Positions 17,720-27,364 of a stretch of DNA of 64,000 nucleotides are shown here, one piece after another (position 1 is the stretch's first letter; every line of letters begins with the position of its first letter). Source of the stretch: Spirochaetota bacterium (GTDB lineage: Bacteria > Spirochaetota > Spirochaetia > Treponematales > UBA12059); NCBI GenBank assembly GCA_026398615.1, contig JAPLSN010000029.1:22469-86468 (forward strand). Reading direction: 5' to 3'. The notes under the pieces were generated by a model. It was given only the letters and a program-made list of their open reading frames with translations. It was not told the DNA's origin and did no database searches. The translations under genes and the position numbers were made by a program.

Positions 17720-18031
17720 TCAGTCCGGAACCATCTCCCCGTAGAACTTCACGGTGACGTTTTTCTTTCCGGCGGCTTTCGAGCAGAGCTTGAGGAGCTG
17801 CGCGATCTCATCCTTCTCCTCGGCCTTGGTGACCTTGGCGTCGATCTCCTCCAGTTCCTTCACGAGGAAGGGGAGCTGGCGCTGGTTGAAAGCCGCGTCA
17901 TCGTCCTCCGAAACGAAACGGAGGCACAGGCCGCCTTCGACCGCCTTGAAATGGCGCTGGATCTTCCCGATGTCGAGCACGTTCCCGAGCTGTTCGCCGC
18001 CGGCATCCTCGATCGTCACGAAAATTCCCAT
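17720..18031 (-). CDS. Hypothetical acidic/lysine-rich small protein (103 aa)
   Basis: SD GAGGAG 6 nt before ATG (MGIFVTIEDAGG...); the overlapping plus-strand ORF looks like an antisense artefact (Leu/Glu-rich). Confidence 0.5.
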   Translation of the reverse strand: MGIFVTIEDAGGEQLGNVLDIGKIQRHFKAVEGGLCLRFVSEDDDAAFNQRQLPFLVKELEEIDAKVTKAEEKDEIAQLLKLCSKAAGKKNVTVKFYGEMVPD

Positions 18032-18081
18032 ATGTTCTCCTCGAATCCGCGATGCCGGCCATGATACCACGGCGGATCCGG

Positions 18082-19677
18082 TTACCGGGCAAATTCCTTG
18101 ACGGGTTTCAGGTCGGCCTTCCCCAGGATCGCGAAGCCGCCGTCGGGCTTCTGGACCACGAAGCCCTTGGCTGAATCGCCGAGCCAGGTAAAAGGCGATA
18201 CTTCGACGGAACTCCTGCGGTTGAGGGTCAGCGTGGCGGGATCGAACGAGCCGAGGTAATACTTCCCGCCCTCCGACACGATGGCGAAGAGCTCCGTCCC
18301 GACCATCCTGAGGTTGGTGTCGGGGAAGACGTCCACGGCGCTTTCCTTCTCCTGCTCCAGGCTGTCCTTGCGGAGCCTGACGAGCCTGACCGCCCCGCCC
18401 GGCACGGGCTTGCCCGCCACCGCGATGTACGCGCCGCCTGCGTCCATGAGGGAATCGGCGCGGATCGTGTTGACGACTGAACGTTTTGAAAAGCTCCCCT
18501 TGTCGACGTTCACCATCGCGAGGCGGGCGTAGGGCGCGTTCGGATCGACGAGTTCGACCACCAGGATGGTCGCCCTCGCGTCTTCCTGTTTGGCCGCCAC
18601 TTCCTCGGCGATGGCTGCCTTCATGTCCCCGGCGATGTCCGCGCGTTCCGCGGCGACCGAGGCTTCCGCGGCGGCGGTGCCGGCTTCAGCGGCCGTGACC
18701 GCGGCTTTTTTCTCCTCCACCGCCTTTTCGCCCGCGGCCACCTCTTTTTCCCCGGCGGCGATCTCGGCTTCGCGCTTGGTGAGCTCGGCGCTCTGGGGGT
18801 CTCCCGCGGCGGCTTCCTCGCCGGTCGTTCCCGCGGCGGCCTTGTCCCGTTCGAGGGCGGCCTTCTCCCCGGCGAGCCTGGCCTTTTCGGCTTCGATCCG
18901 CTTTTCTTCCTCGGCGATGGCGGCGCGATCCGCCTCTGCGGCTTTCTTGGCGTCGTCGATTTCCCCTTCGCGGATGTCCACCATGCCCTTGCGGTCTTCG
19001 ACCCCCTTGTCAGGGTTGTCCTTTTCCATGCTGTCGATGACGGGTTTTTCGGACAGGGTCCCGGTGTCGACGCCGGGGCCCTTGGCCTCTCCCGCCGTCC
19101 CGGACGAGGTGAGGGGGATCACGATGCGGCTGCGTCCCGGCCATTCGTCGTAGCGCGTGGAGAGGCCGGCGTTCTCCTTCGAAAGGTACGTGAGGACGAC
19201 GGCCTTGTATTTCGCGCCGAAGTACGCGGTGTCGCAGCGATGGACGGCGTTGTAGACCGTGATGAAAACCGAGAGCACGCGGGCGTTTTCGCGGGAATAT
19301 CCATGCATGGTTTCCAGGTAGCCCGAGATGATGAGCCTCAGGTTCCGGATGTGGTCCACCTGTGCGGAGGCTCCGATGACGAGGATGTCCGCTTCGAATC
19401 TGCCCGTCTCCGACGGGTCGACGGCCCTGATCACCGCGTAGCGCGCGTCGTTACCGGCCGTCGCCGACCCGGTCCCGGCCTTGAGGGACGCCGCGAGCTC
19501 GACGCCAATCCCCCTGATGGCGGCGGCCGAATCGACCGCGGAATGGGGACCCTCGTAATTGATGAATTCCACCTTCGCGGAGGATGCCGACCTGATCTCC
19601 GGCTCATCGGGGCTCTGTGCCCCCGCGAACCCGACGGCGACGATGGAAGCCAGCGCGATTGCGATGATCTTTTTCAT
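18082..19677 (-). CDS. Secreted protein with a central Ala/Glu/Lys-rich coiled-coil region
   Basis: Signal peptide MKKIIAIALASIVAVGFAGAQS; a ~150-aa low-complexity EAEKARLAGEKAALERDKAAAG-type heptad-like repeat region; globular N- and C-terminal domains. Confidence 0.6.
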   Translation of the reverse strand: MKKIIAIALASIVAVGFAGAQSPDEPEIRSASSAKVEFINYEGPHSAVDSAAAIRGIGVELAASLKAGTGSATAGNDARYAVIRAVDPSETGRFEADILVIGASAQVDHIRNLRLIISGYLETMHGYSRENARVLSVFITVYNAVHRCDTAYFGAKYKAVVLTYLSKENAGLSTRYDEWPGRSRIVIPLTSSGTAGEAKGPGVDTGTLSEKPVIDSMEKDNPDKGVEDRKGMVDIREGEIDDAKKAAEADRAAIAEEEKRIEAEKARLAGEKAALERDKAAAGTTGEEAAAGDPQSAELTKREAEIAAGEKEVAAGEKAVEEKKAAVTAAEAGTAAAEASVAAERADIAGDMKAAIAEEVAAKQEDARATILVVELVDPNAPYARLAMVNVDKGSFSKRSVVNTIRADSLMDAGGAYIAVAGKPVPGGAVRLVRLRKDSLEQEKESAVDVFPDTNLRMVGTELFAIVSEGGKYYLGSFDPATLTLNRRSSVEVSPFTWLGDSAKGFVVQKPDGGFAILGKADLKPVKEFAR

Positions 19678-19738
19678 TGATGCTCCTCGCCGGAACGCCG
19701 GGTCGCATGCCTCCCGTTCCGTCTTGTAGAATACCGTG

Positions 19739-21520
19739 TCAACGTTTCCGGAGGGCGTCCAGCACCGCCATGGCCCGGTTCCGCACCGACTGCGGATACG
19801 GCCGCTGGGAAAACCTGATGATGGCCCGTATTCCGGAAGGATCGTCCGTCCTCCCGGTGCCCCGGTAGATGCCCTCGATGGCGCCGATCACGGCGAGCGC
19901 GCCCGCCTCGTCGGGTCCCGAAGAATTGGCGGCCGCCTGTTCGAACGCCGCCAGCGCGGTTCCCGACGGATCCAGGCCGATGGAAGCGATGGCGCCCGCC
20001 GCCGCCGTCCGGACCGCAGGATCAGGGTCATTCAGGAAGACGGTCACGAGCGCTTCCACGACGGTCGGCGAGCCGAGTTCCCCGAGCAGGGCGCAGGCCC
20101 TGGCGCGCGGCAGCGGATCGGGAAAGACCGCTCCACCCGCCTCCCGCTGCCGACCCGCATCCGGCATGGCGGCGGCGAGGGCCGTCGAAAGCAGGAAGGA
20201 CCGGTACCCGGCTTCATCCTCTCCAATACTACCCCATTCCAGGTTTTTTTCAATATCATCCAGGAGCCTGGCCGTTTCACCCGCCATGGACGGGCCTGAC
20301 ACCCACCAGAATCGGTTGTCGGCCGCTTCGCGCGCGGCCACGAGGTCTTCGCGCAACGCGGGAATCCTCCGCGTACCCGTCATCCGCTTTTCGAAATCAT
20401 AGGCGTACAAAATCCAGTCCGCGCCCGGCGAACAGAGAATGCCCGACGCGTCGACATCCGGCGCGCCGGTCGCGTTGCGGATGGCCAGTTCGCGGAAAAT
20501 TTCCCCGGACGGGGACAGGCTGGAAGCGCCGCGCCCGGACATGGCGATCACGCGCTCGGGGAAAGCGCGCAGGGCGAGCGGATTCGCCAGGCCTGTCGTC
20601 GTCGTCCAGGCCACGCGGCCGCCGGAATCGATCGCGAAGACCGTTCCGTCTTCGAGGATGCCGTACGCGTAGGTTCCCGAGGCGGCCATGGCCACGGGTT
20701 GCCCGGGCAGGCGGATGAACGCGGCTCCGACGCCGGAAGCCTTCGCCGCCGTGCTTTCGCCCAAGAACGATGCCGCGTCGATCACCGTCGCCTCGCCGCC
20801 GGAAAGAACCACGAGGAGCGCGAGCGTCCCGTCGCCGGCGTTCAGGAGAACCTGCAGGAAGACGGGTTTCCGCCCGAAATCCGGTTCCGCGAGCGTCCGG
20901 CCGTCGGGACCGAGCACGACGACCTTCCCGGCCCGGGTTCCGAAGGCGACGAAGGCGGTGATCCCGGGGGCCGAATCGGCGACGACGGGGGCCGCGCAGG
21001 GCGCCGATGCGAGAACCTTCGTCCACAGGCGATGCCCGTTGGACGAGCGGCAGGAGACGGCGCCTTCCGACAGGAGGAAGGACCGGCCATCGGCTCCGAA
21101 GGCGGGGGGGAAGGACAGGCGCCCGGGTTCGGTAAACTGCCGGATTTCGCGGCCGTAGCCGTCGACCAGCGCGAGGGTGCCGACGCCCTGGTCGATCAAC
21201 GCGCGTCCGTAGGGATCCTGGGAAAGCCAGGAGGGGGGAGCGCCGCTCCAGGCCCGCTTCGCGGCGACCCGGCCGTCGGGAAACACGACGTAGAGGTTGC
21301 GGTCGGCCGAGACGGTCCAGAACCGGCCGCCCGCGGCGAAGGGACCGAAGGACGCGATGCCCGCTATCGGGTACCGGAACGCGAGGGGATCGCCTTGGGC
21401 GCGGGCTTCGAAAGGGACGGAAAAAGCCAGCGTCGCGAACGCGGCGAACGCGACGGCGGCCGCCCGGGACGGACGGCGCCGCTCAGATCCCCGCGACGAG
21501 GCGGACGCAGAGCTCGACAT
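19739..21520 (-). CDS. Secreted protein with an N-terminal beta-propeller-like (PQQ/BamB-like) region and C-terminal HEAT/PBS-lyase-like repeats
   Basis: Signal-peptide-like AAVAFAAFATLAFSVPFEARAQG; repeated G-x-V-x-A-x-D/G-R blocks; C-terminal DPDPAVRTAAAGAIASIG HEAT-like repeats. Start is uncertain (overlaps the 3' end of the next gene). Confidence 0.5.
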   Translation of the reverse strand: MSSSASASSRGSERRRPSRAAAVAFAAFATLAFSVPFEARAQGDPLAFRYPIAGIASFGPFAAGGRFWTVSADRNLYVVFPDGRVAAKRAWSGAPPSWLSQDPYGRALIDQGVGTLALVDGYGREIRQFTEPGRLSFPPAFGADGRSFLLSEGAVSCRSSNGHRLWTKVLASAPCAAPVVADSAPGITAFVAFGTRAGKVVVLGPDGRTLAEPDFGRKPVFLQVLLNAGDGTLALLVVLSGGEATVIDAASFLGESTAAKASGVGAAFIRLPGQPVAMAASGTYAYGILEDGTVFAIDSGGRVAWTTTTGLANPLALRAFPERVIAMSGRGASSLSPSGEIFRELAIRNATGAPDVDASGILCSPGADWILYAYDFEKRMTGTRRIPALREDLVAAREAADNRFWWVSGPSMAGETARLLDDIEKNLEWGSIGEDEAGYRSFLLSTALAAAMPDAGRQREAGGAVFPDPLPRARACALLGELGSPTVVEALVTVFLNDPDPAVRTAAAGAIASIGLDPSGTALAAFEQAAANSSGPDEAGALAVIGAIEGIYRGTGRTDDPSGIRAIIRFSQRPYPQSVRNRAMAVLDALRKR

Positions 21521-22655
21521 GGCTCGTCTGGGGATAGAAGTCGAATACCTTCATCCAGTCGATCGAGTACCCGGAGCGCACCAGATCGCCGACGTCCCTC
21601 GCGCAGGTGACCGGATCGCAGGAGACGTAGGAAACGACGGGCGGCTTCGCCTCCCTGAACCACGAGCGAACGCGCTCGGACAGGCCCGAGCGGGGCGGGT
21701 CGCAGACCACGGCGTCGAAACGCGATTTCGCTGAATCCGAGGTTGTCCAGTCCTCGGCCGACTGGGCAAGGAATTCCCCGCGGCCGCCTGCGTTCATCCG
21801 TGCGTACTCCACGGCGAAGGGATCATGCTCGACGGCGGTGACCGATTCGAAGCTGTCCGCGAGGAAGGAGGCGAACGGTCCCACGCCGCAGTAGAGGTCA
21901 AGCGCGTGGCCGCCGCCGAGGTCGGAGGTCGCCGCCGCGACGAGGAGGTCGAAGAGGTAGAGGTTGCTCTGGAAAAAGCCCTTGACGTGGAAGCGCATCG
22001 GGCGGCCGCGGACCTGGGCCGTCACGTCGCCGTCCCGCCCCTCGATGAAAACCCGGTCGCCCGAACGCTCCGGCGAAAATACCATGAAACGTGCGCCGGG
22101 CTGGGTCCAGGGTGACATCGGGAGCCGGGATTTCCCGGAAGAAGCCATGCGCTCGATCCAGGTACGGATGGGCTCCACGGCCACGGGGCAGGTTTCCACG
22201 GGCTCGGGCAGGGACGACGAGCCCCGCATGAAACCGATCCGGCCTTCGTCGTCGACGTGGAACTGCATGCGGCTGCGGTATGCGTAGGGCACGGAGGCGA
22301 CGACGGAGAACCCTGGCGCGTCGACCTTGCCGACGCGTTTCCAGCTTTCCTCCACGATGGCGGCCTTGAGTTCGAGCTGTCTCCGGTAATCGACGTGCTG
22401 GAGGTTGCAGCCTCCGCAGGACCCGAAATAGGGACAGGCCGGGCCGATCCGGTCGGGTGAAGCTTCGAGGATCTCCAGCACGTTCCCACGGACCCAGTCC
22501 TTACGGTACTCTTCCAGCTCGACGAGGACCCGCTCGCCGGGGATCGTCATGGGCACGAACACGGCGATTCCGTCATTGAACGCGAGTCCGTCACCGCCTG
22601 CCACGAGTTTCTCTATTGTCAGCTCGACCGTAGTTCCCATGATCGGGCCCATCAT
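21483..22655 (-). CDS. 23S rRNA (uracil-C5)-methyltransferase, RumA/RlmD/TrmA family (TRAM, 4Fe-4S and MTase domains)
   Basis: TRAM N-terminus, Cys cluster CPYFGSCGGCNLQH, MTase motifs DLYCGVGPF and DPPRSG plus C-terminal catalytic Cys (VSYVSCDP). Start set at MMGPIMG; track M1 is further upstream. Confidence 0.8.
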   Translation of the reverse strand: MMGPIMGTTVELTIEKLVAGGDGLAFNDGIAVFVPMTIPGERVLVELEEYRKDWVRGNVLEILEASPDRIGPACPYFGSCGGCNLQHVDYRRQLELKAAIVEESWKRVGKVDAPGFSVVASVPYAYRSRMQFHVDDEGRIGFMRGSSSLPEPVETCPVAVEPIRTWIERMASSGKSRLPMSPWTQPGARFMVFSPERSGDRVFIEGRDGDVTAQVRGRPMRFHVKGFFQSNLYLFDLLVAAATSDLGGGHALDLYCGVGPFASFLADSFESVTAVEHDPFAVEYARMNAGGRGEFLAQSAEDWTTSDSAKSRFDAVVCDPPRSGLSERVRSWFREAKPPVVSYVSCDPVTCARDVGDLVRSGYSIDWMKVFDFYPQTSHVELCVRLVAGI

Positions 22656-22743
22656 ACCCGTCTCAGGATGGGGGCGCAAGGAGTTCGCGGCCGCGCGGCG
22701 ACCTGCCGTTCGGGGGCGCACCCGTCCGTGGACGGCGGGATGG

Positions 22744-23826
22744 TCAGCCGTGCGGCGCGACGGCCGGCCCCAGACCCGCCGCGGCCGCCAGCTCGCGGCA
22801 CAGGGTCCAGACGTCGGCGTCCTGGTTGGCGAGAATCGCGACGAAGCCGTCCCGCGCGGGATAGCGCATGGCGATCGCTGCCACGCCCGGATTCACGCCG
22901 TCCTTGCCGAACCGGAGCAAGCTGCCATCCGGACGGTAGTCGAATTCCAGGGCGTATCCCATGCGCCGTTCGTCGCCGTTCCCGAGCGCCATGTAATTCG
23001 CCACCGGACCCAGCATGGCCTCCCCCGAAGCGACCGACAACAGGCCGGGTCCCTCGAGCGCGAAGAACAGCCGCCAGAGGTCGCCGACGGTGGTAAGCGC
23101 GCCCGCATCGGGCGACCCGACCGGAGGGTACGCGTAGATGTTCTTGCGGACGCCGGCCGGATTCCCGTCGGCGTCCTCCACCGTCGCGTACCCTTCCGCC
23201 ACGTCCGGCTCGGTGCCATCCTTGGCGAAGAACCCCGTGCGGGTCATGCCTGCGGGGGCGAAGACTTCGCGCGCGACGAGTTCGCGGTACGACATACCCG
23301 AGCGCTCCTCCAAGGCGAGCCCAGCCAACACGAAGGCGCAGTTGTTGTAGCGGCAGGAAGTGCCCGGGGAAAAGACGGGCTCCTTCATGGCGAAGTTGGG
23401 CAGGAAGTCCCGCGTGGAACGCGCATTGTAGCAGGGAGTCGCCTTCCAGATATCCTCGTAGTCCTCGCCGGCCTCCTCGTCCGCGTCGTCGGCGATGCCC
23501 GAAGTGTGCGTCAGAAGCTGGCCGATCGTGACGTCGCGGGAAATGCGCGTGACCCCGATGTCGACGATGTCGAGAACGCGCTCATCGAGGCGGAGGAGCC
23601 CGCGGTCGACGAGCCGGAAGGCGGCGATGGCCGTGAAGACCTTCGTGATCGAGGCGGTGTCGAAGCGGGTATCGGGGCGGTTGGTCACCGCGAAGCCGCG
23701 ATGCGCGAACCCGCGCGCGATGCACGCCAACTCTGCGCCGTCGCGGCGGACGAGCACGGCGCCGGAAAATCGCTCCTCGCGCTCGTGCTTGTCCACGATG
23801 GCGGTCATCGTGTCGTTCGTGTCCAT
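22744..23826 (-). CDS. Serine hydrolase, beta-lactamase / transpeptidase-like (class C beta-lactamase-related) family
   Basis: S-x-x-K motif ASITK, YxN-like motif and later hydrolase-fold motifs; 360 aa. Confidence 0.8.
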   Translation of the reverse strand: MDTNDTMTAIVDKHEREERFSGAVLVRRDGAELACIARGFAHRGFAVTNRPDTRFDTASITKVFTAIAAFRLVDRGLLRLDERVLDIVDIGVTRISRDVTIGQLLTHTSGIADDADEEAGEDYEDIWKATPCYNARSTRDFLPNFAMKEPVFSPGTSCRYNNCAFVLAGLALEERSGMSYRELVAREVFAPAGMTRTGFFAKDGTEPDVAEGYATVEDADGNPAGVRKNIYAYPPVGSPDAGALTTVGDLWRLFFALEGPGLLSVASGEAMLGPVANYMALGNGDERRMGYALEFDYRPDGSLLRFGKDGVNPGVAAIAMRYPARDGFVAILANQDADVWTLCRELAAAAGLGPAVAPHG

Positions 23827-24040
23827 GATCGTTCCTTTTCCGGCGCTCCGGATGCCGCGAGGAAATCAGGAAGAAGCTCGCCGTCGTCCCGGAATGCCCG
23901 ATATCGGGCCGGTGGATCGTACGACGCGGGCCGTGGAACGGTCAATCCGGAAGGACGCCAACCCGCTTGACAGCACACTCAGGGCCGAACCATCCTTCCG
24001 TGGCGAGATCCGCATGAAACTCGGGCTTGGGGGAAATCGC

Positions 24041-24460
24041 ATGGGCATCGAATACAGGAAGCTCGTCATCGCGGACTACGACGAACTCATCACGCTCTGG
24101 TCGGACATGCCCGGCATCGGCATCAGCGCCGCGGACGAGCGGGACCGGCTGGAAGCCTTCCTCGAGGTCAACGGGGAAGCCTGCTTCGTCGCCGTGGACG
24201 GCGGGAAAATCGTCGGGACGGCCCTGTGCGGCAACGACCGGCGCCGCGGATTCCTGTACCACCTGGCCGTGCTCGAAAACCACCGATCGAAGGGCATCGG
24301 GAGCGCCCTCGTCGGCTTGTGCATGAAGGAGCTCACCCGGTCGGGAATCGAAAAATGCCATCTTTTCGTCCTGGACTCCAACGTGGAGGCGATCGGGTAC
24401 TACCGACGTTCGGGTTGGACCGAACGGACCGATCTCCGGCTCTTTTCCAGGGCTACGTGA
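24041..24460 (+). CDS. GNAT-family N-acetyltransferase (139 aa)
   Basis: GNAT core FLYHLAVLENHRSKGIGSALV (Q/R-x-x-G-x-G/A acetyl-CoA motif); GGGGGAA SD before ATG 24041. Track ORF 23495.. is an upstream extension antisense to the hydrolase. Confidence 0.85.
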   Translation: MGIEYRKLVIADYDELITLWSDMPGIGISAADERDRLEAFLEVNGEACFVAVDGGKIVGTALCGNDRRRGFLYHLAVLENHRSKGIGSALVGLCMKELTRSGIEKCHLFVLDSNVEAIGYYRRSGWTERTDLRLFSRAT

Positions 24461-24533
24461 CGGATCCGGCTGCGCGTTTTTTCGGCACCGGGTAGGCACG
24501 GGACCGCGCTTTCGTCTATACTCATCAATAACC

Positions 24534-25418
24534 ATGGAACTGACCTTTTACGGCGCCCGAGGTTCGTACCCCTACATGCGTCCCGACAACTTCGGGTACG
24601 GCGGCAATTCCACCTGCCTCCACCTGTACACATCCTCGGGAACCGAGTTCATCTTCGACGGGGGATCCGGGATCAGGCCACTCGGAGCCTCCATGATGGG
24701 CCGGGAATTCGGACGGGGCGAAGGCGAGGCCGTCGTACTCATCGGCCACACGCACTGGGACCACATCCTCGGCTTCCCCTACTTCCAGCCCTTCTCCGAA
24801 GCCGGGAACCGCTTCACCTTCCTGAGCGCCGGAACCCTGGGCACCCGTTTCGAGGACATCTTCACCGCCCTGTACCACGACCTCAACTTCCCCATACCGG
24901 TCGAACGGCTCAAGGCTTCGCTCGAATTCCGCGACGTGCCGGAACGGACCGAGCTGGAATGGAAGGATGCCCGCCTGCGCACCCTAAAGCTGAACCACCC
25001 GGGCACCACCCTCGGCTGGCGCATCGAAGCCGACGGCGCCGCGGTGGCCGTCTGCACCGACTGCGCCCGCCCCCGGAAGGCCGTGGTGACGGACGGGCTG
25101 GGCCCGGTCGCGGACTACGAGCGCGATCTCGCGGCGCTCTGCGAAGGCGTCGACGCCCTCATCTACGACACGCACTTCTTCGAGCACGAGATCGTGGGCA
25201 AGGAGGACTGGGGTCACAGCACCTTCGAGGACGCGGTACGCATGGGGCGCGAGTGCGGCGTCCGCGAAGTCATCCTCTTCCACCACGCACCCGAGCACTC
25301 GGACGCCCAGGTGGACATCAAGCTGGCCATGGCGCGCGACGTCGCGCGCCATGACGCCTTCACCGTCTCCGCCGCCCGCGAGGGGATGAGGATCTCGATG
25401 GGAAAGGTCCACGCATGA
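24534..25418 (+). CDS. MBL-fold metallo-hydrolase (RNase Z / PhnP-like)
   Basis: HxHxDH motif IGHTHWDHILGFP plus downstream His/Asp ligands. Confidence 0.8.
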   Translation: MELTFYGARGSYPYMRPDNFGYGGNSTCLHLYTSSGTEFIFDGGSGIRPLGASMMGREFGRGEGEAVVLIGHTHWDHILGFPYFQPFSEAGNRFTFLSAGTLGTRFEDIFTALYHDLNFPIPVERLKASLEFRDVPERTELEWKDARLRTLKLNHPGTTLGWRIEADGAAVAVCTDCARPRKAVVTDGLGPVADYERDLAALCEGVDALIYDTHFFEHEIVGKEDWGHSTFEDAVRMGRECGVREVILFHHAPEHSDAQVDIKLAMARDVARHDAFTVSAAREGMRISMGKVHA

Positions 25419-26239
25419 GGCTGACGATCTGGGGCGCTTTCGGAAGCATCGTGTCGCCGGACAGGGACAAGTGGCGCTACGGAGGCAACACGGCCTGCCT
25501 GGAGATCACCCACGGCGACGGGAGGCTCGTCGTCGATGCGGGCATCGGCCTCGTGCCTTTCGGAGACACGCTTTCGCGCTTCCCCCTCGGAAAGGGCAAG
25601 GGCGTCCTGCACCTGGCCTTCAGCCACCTCCACTGGGATCATATCCAGGGCCTGCCCTTCTTCGTTCCCGCCTTCATCCCGGGGAACGAATTCCATTTCT
25701 ACGGTACGGATCGGCATCTTCTCGAGGAATGCGTGGAAAAGCTTTTCCGCTCCACGTTCAGCCCGGTGAACGGGGCCGATAAGCTCGGAGCCCGGATCGC
25801 GTACCACGAGCTCGCCGGTCCGGCGGATATCTCCGGCCTGGCGGTCCGGTGCGCCCCGCTGCGGCACCCCGACGGCGCGACGGCCTTCCGGATCGAAGCG
25901 GGCGGGCGGGCCATCGTACTGGCCTTCGACCATGAAGCTGGCGACGACTCCTTCGACCGGCCCTTGCGCGAGCTTGCCTCCGGCGCCGACGTCCTCGTCC
26001 ACGACGCGCAGTATGATCCCGCCGATTACCCCGCCCACGAAGGGTGGGGCCACAGCACCTGGCGGGACGCGGTCGAAACGGCGCTGGCAGCCAGGGTGAA
26101 AACCCTCGTGCTATTCCACCACGATCCCGACCGCAGCGACGCCGGCCTGGACGAATTCGGGCGCAAGGCGTCCGCGGCGGCGGCGGGTCACGGCCTCGAG
26201 GTTCTCGTGGCCCGCGACCGGATGGTCCTGGATCTCTGA
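25415..26239 (+). CDS. MBL-fold metallo-hydrolase, tandem paralogue of the upstream gene
   Basis: FSHLHWDHIQGLPFF; collinear similarity to the preceding gene (GGN(S/T)(T/A)CL, HxDH, FHH(A/D)P.(H/R)SD); ATGA start/stop overlap. Confidence 0.8.
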   Translation: MRLTIWGAFGSIVSPDRDKWRYGGNTACLEITHGDGRLVVDAGIGLVPFGDTLSRFPLGKGKGVLHLAFSHLHWDHIQGLPFFVPAFIPGNEFHFYGTDRHLLEECVEKLFRSTFSPVNGADKLGARIAYHELAGPADISGLAVRCAPLRHPDGATAFRIEAGGRAIVLAFDHEAGDDSFDRPLRELASGADVLVHDAQYDPADYPAHEGWGHSTWRDAVETALAARVKTLVLFHHDPDRSDAGLDEFGRKASAAAAGHGLEVLVARDRMVLDL

Positions 26240-26401
26240 CGGTCAAGCTTCCGAAAGCCGCGCGGAGACAGCTTCCGGTTTTCCGGGCAAAACGGGAATC
26301 CCCGGACTATACTTGACCTTGGCAGCGACCGGTTCCGGATCCACGCATTCCGGGGTCGGGGCGGAACAGGTTCTGCCCATCCGCCCGGAAAGGAGTTCGT
26401 C

Positions 26402-27166
26402 GTGACACAGCACCTGTACCTGTCGCTCATGCCGGAGGCCCTCATCGCCTCTCAGCTCGAGCCGGAGGAATTCGGCACGTATTACGCGGTCGGTTCGGAA
26501 CACAAGACGCAGGGAAAGGCCGCCTTCTTCGAGATCGACCCGGGATTCAGGCATCCGGAGCTCGCGATCGACGAAGCCCTGCAACGCTGCGTCCCCCACC
26601 CCGACGGAGTACCCAAACGCTCGGTCTACGTTTCGGTCTACCGCGTGGTCGAGCGCGTTCCCCTCGGCGCCCTCGGCCGGCTCTACCTGGTGACCCAGGA
26701 CGGGCGAACCCTCGGGATCGACCGGTCCACCCGGCTCCCCGAGGAAGCGCCGGGCTTGCACCTCTACCACGAAATCGCCCCGCTCCATCCGCTCGTCGTG
26801 AGCACATTCGATCCCAGGGCTTTCCACGCTTTCTTCATGGGTGGCGGAAGCAAGTACCTCTCCGTGCCGGCCTTCTGCTGGGCGGAGCTCCGCCTCGGCG
26901 ATCTGGCGACCGACCCCGAACGCGGGGACGTGCGGGACCTGCCGTATGACAGCATCGACCACCTGCGGAGCTGCCTGGTGGCGCTCACGACGAAGTCCGT
27001 CACAACGAAGATCGTGGACCGGCTCCATCCTTCTGCCTTTTCGTTCCGGACCCTGAAAAACGGAGTTTTCTTCGGGAACCGCGAGGGGCTCGTCATATAC
27101 GCCATGCCTTCCGCCGAAACATTGCGCGACAAGAACTTTGCATGGTGGAGATCCGCGAACATGTAG
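26402..27166 (+). CDS. Hypothetical protein (254 aa); GTG start
   Basis: AAAGGAG SD 7 nt before GTG 26402; no recognisable motif. Confidence 0.5.
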   Translation: MTQHLYLSLMPEALIASQLEPEEFGTYYAVGSEHKTQGKAAFFEIDPGFRHPELAIDEALQRCVPHPDGVPKRSVYVSVYRVVERVPLGALGRLYLVTQDGRTLGIDRSTRLPEEAPGLHLYHEIAPLHPLVVSTFDPRAFHAFFMGGGSKYLSVPAFCWAELRLGDLATDPERGDVRDLPYDSIDHLRSCLVALTTKSVTTKIVDRLHPSAFSFRTLKNGVFFGNREGLVIYAMPSAETLRDKNFAWWRSANM

Positions 27167-27364
27167 CCCTCATTCGGCCGGCACGGGGCGTCCTGCCGGC
27201 CGGAATCCGACCGGAAATGAAATTCGTCCCCGGTGCTTGACGAGCTTCCATAAAAAGAAGAATCTGCTCCCGCTGGCCAGTCGCTTCGTTTATCCGAGCG
27301 TCGGGACGAAACGGTTTCCGGGCGAACCCTGTCTCCGGCGAGCTGGCTTCCAGGAGTTCCTTTC

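Noticed and set aside
18486-19153. Possible tandem-repeat or CRISPR-like periodicity in the Ala/Glu-rich stretch
   Set aside because: The periodicity is at the codon/heptad level inside one ORF (coiled-coil protein). There are no identical 25-40-nt repeats separated by unique spacers, and no CRISPR array anywhere in the window.
27175-27203. GC-rich hairpin after the hypothetical gene (GGCCGGCACGGGGCGTCCTGCCGGCCGG) as an intrinsic terminator
   Set aside because: No U-tract follows on either strand, so it is at best a weak or Rho-dependent-associated structure. Not called.
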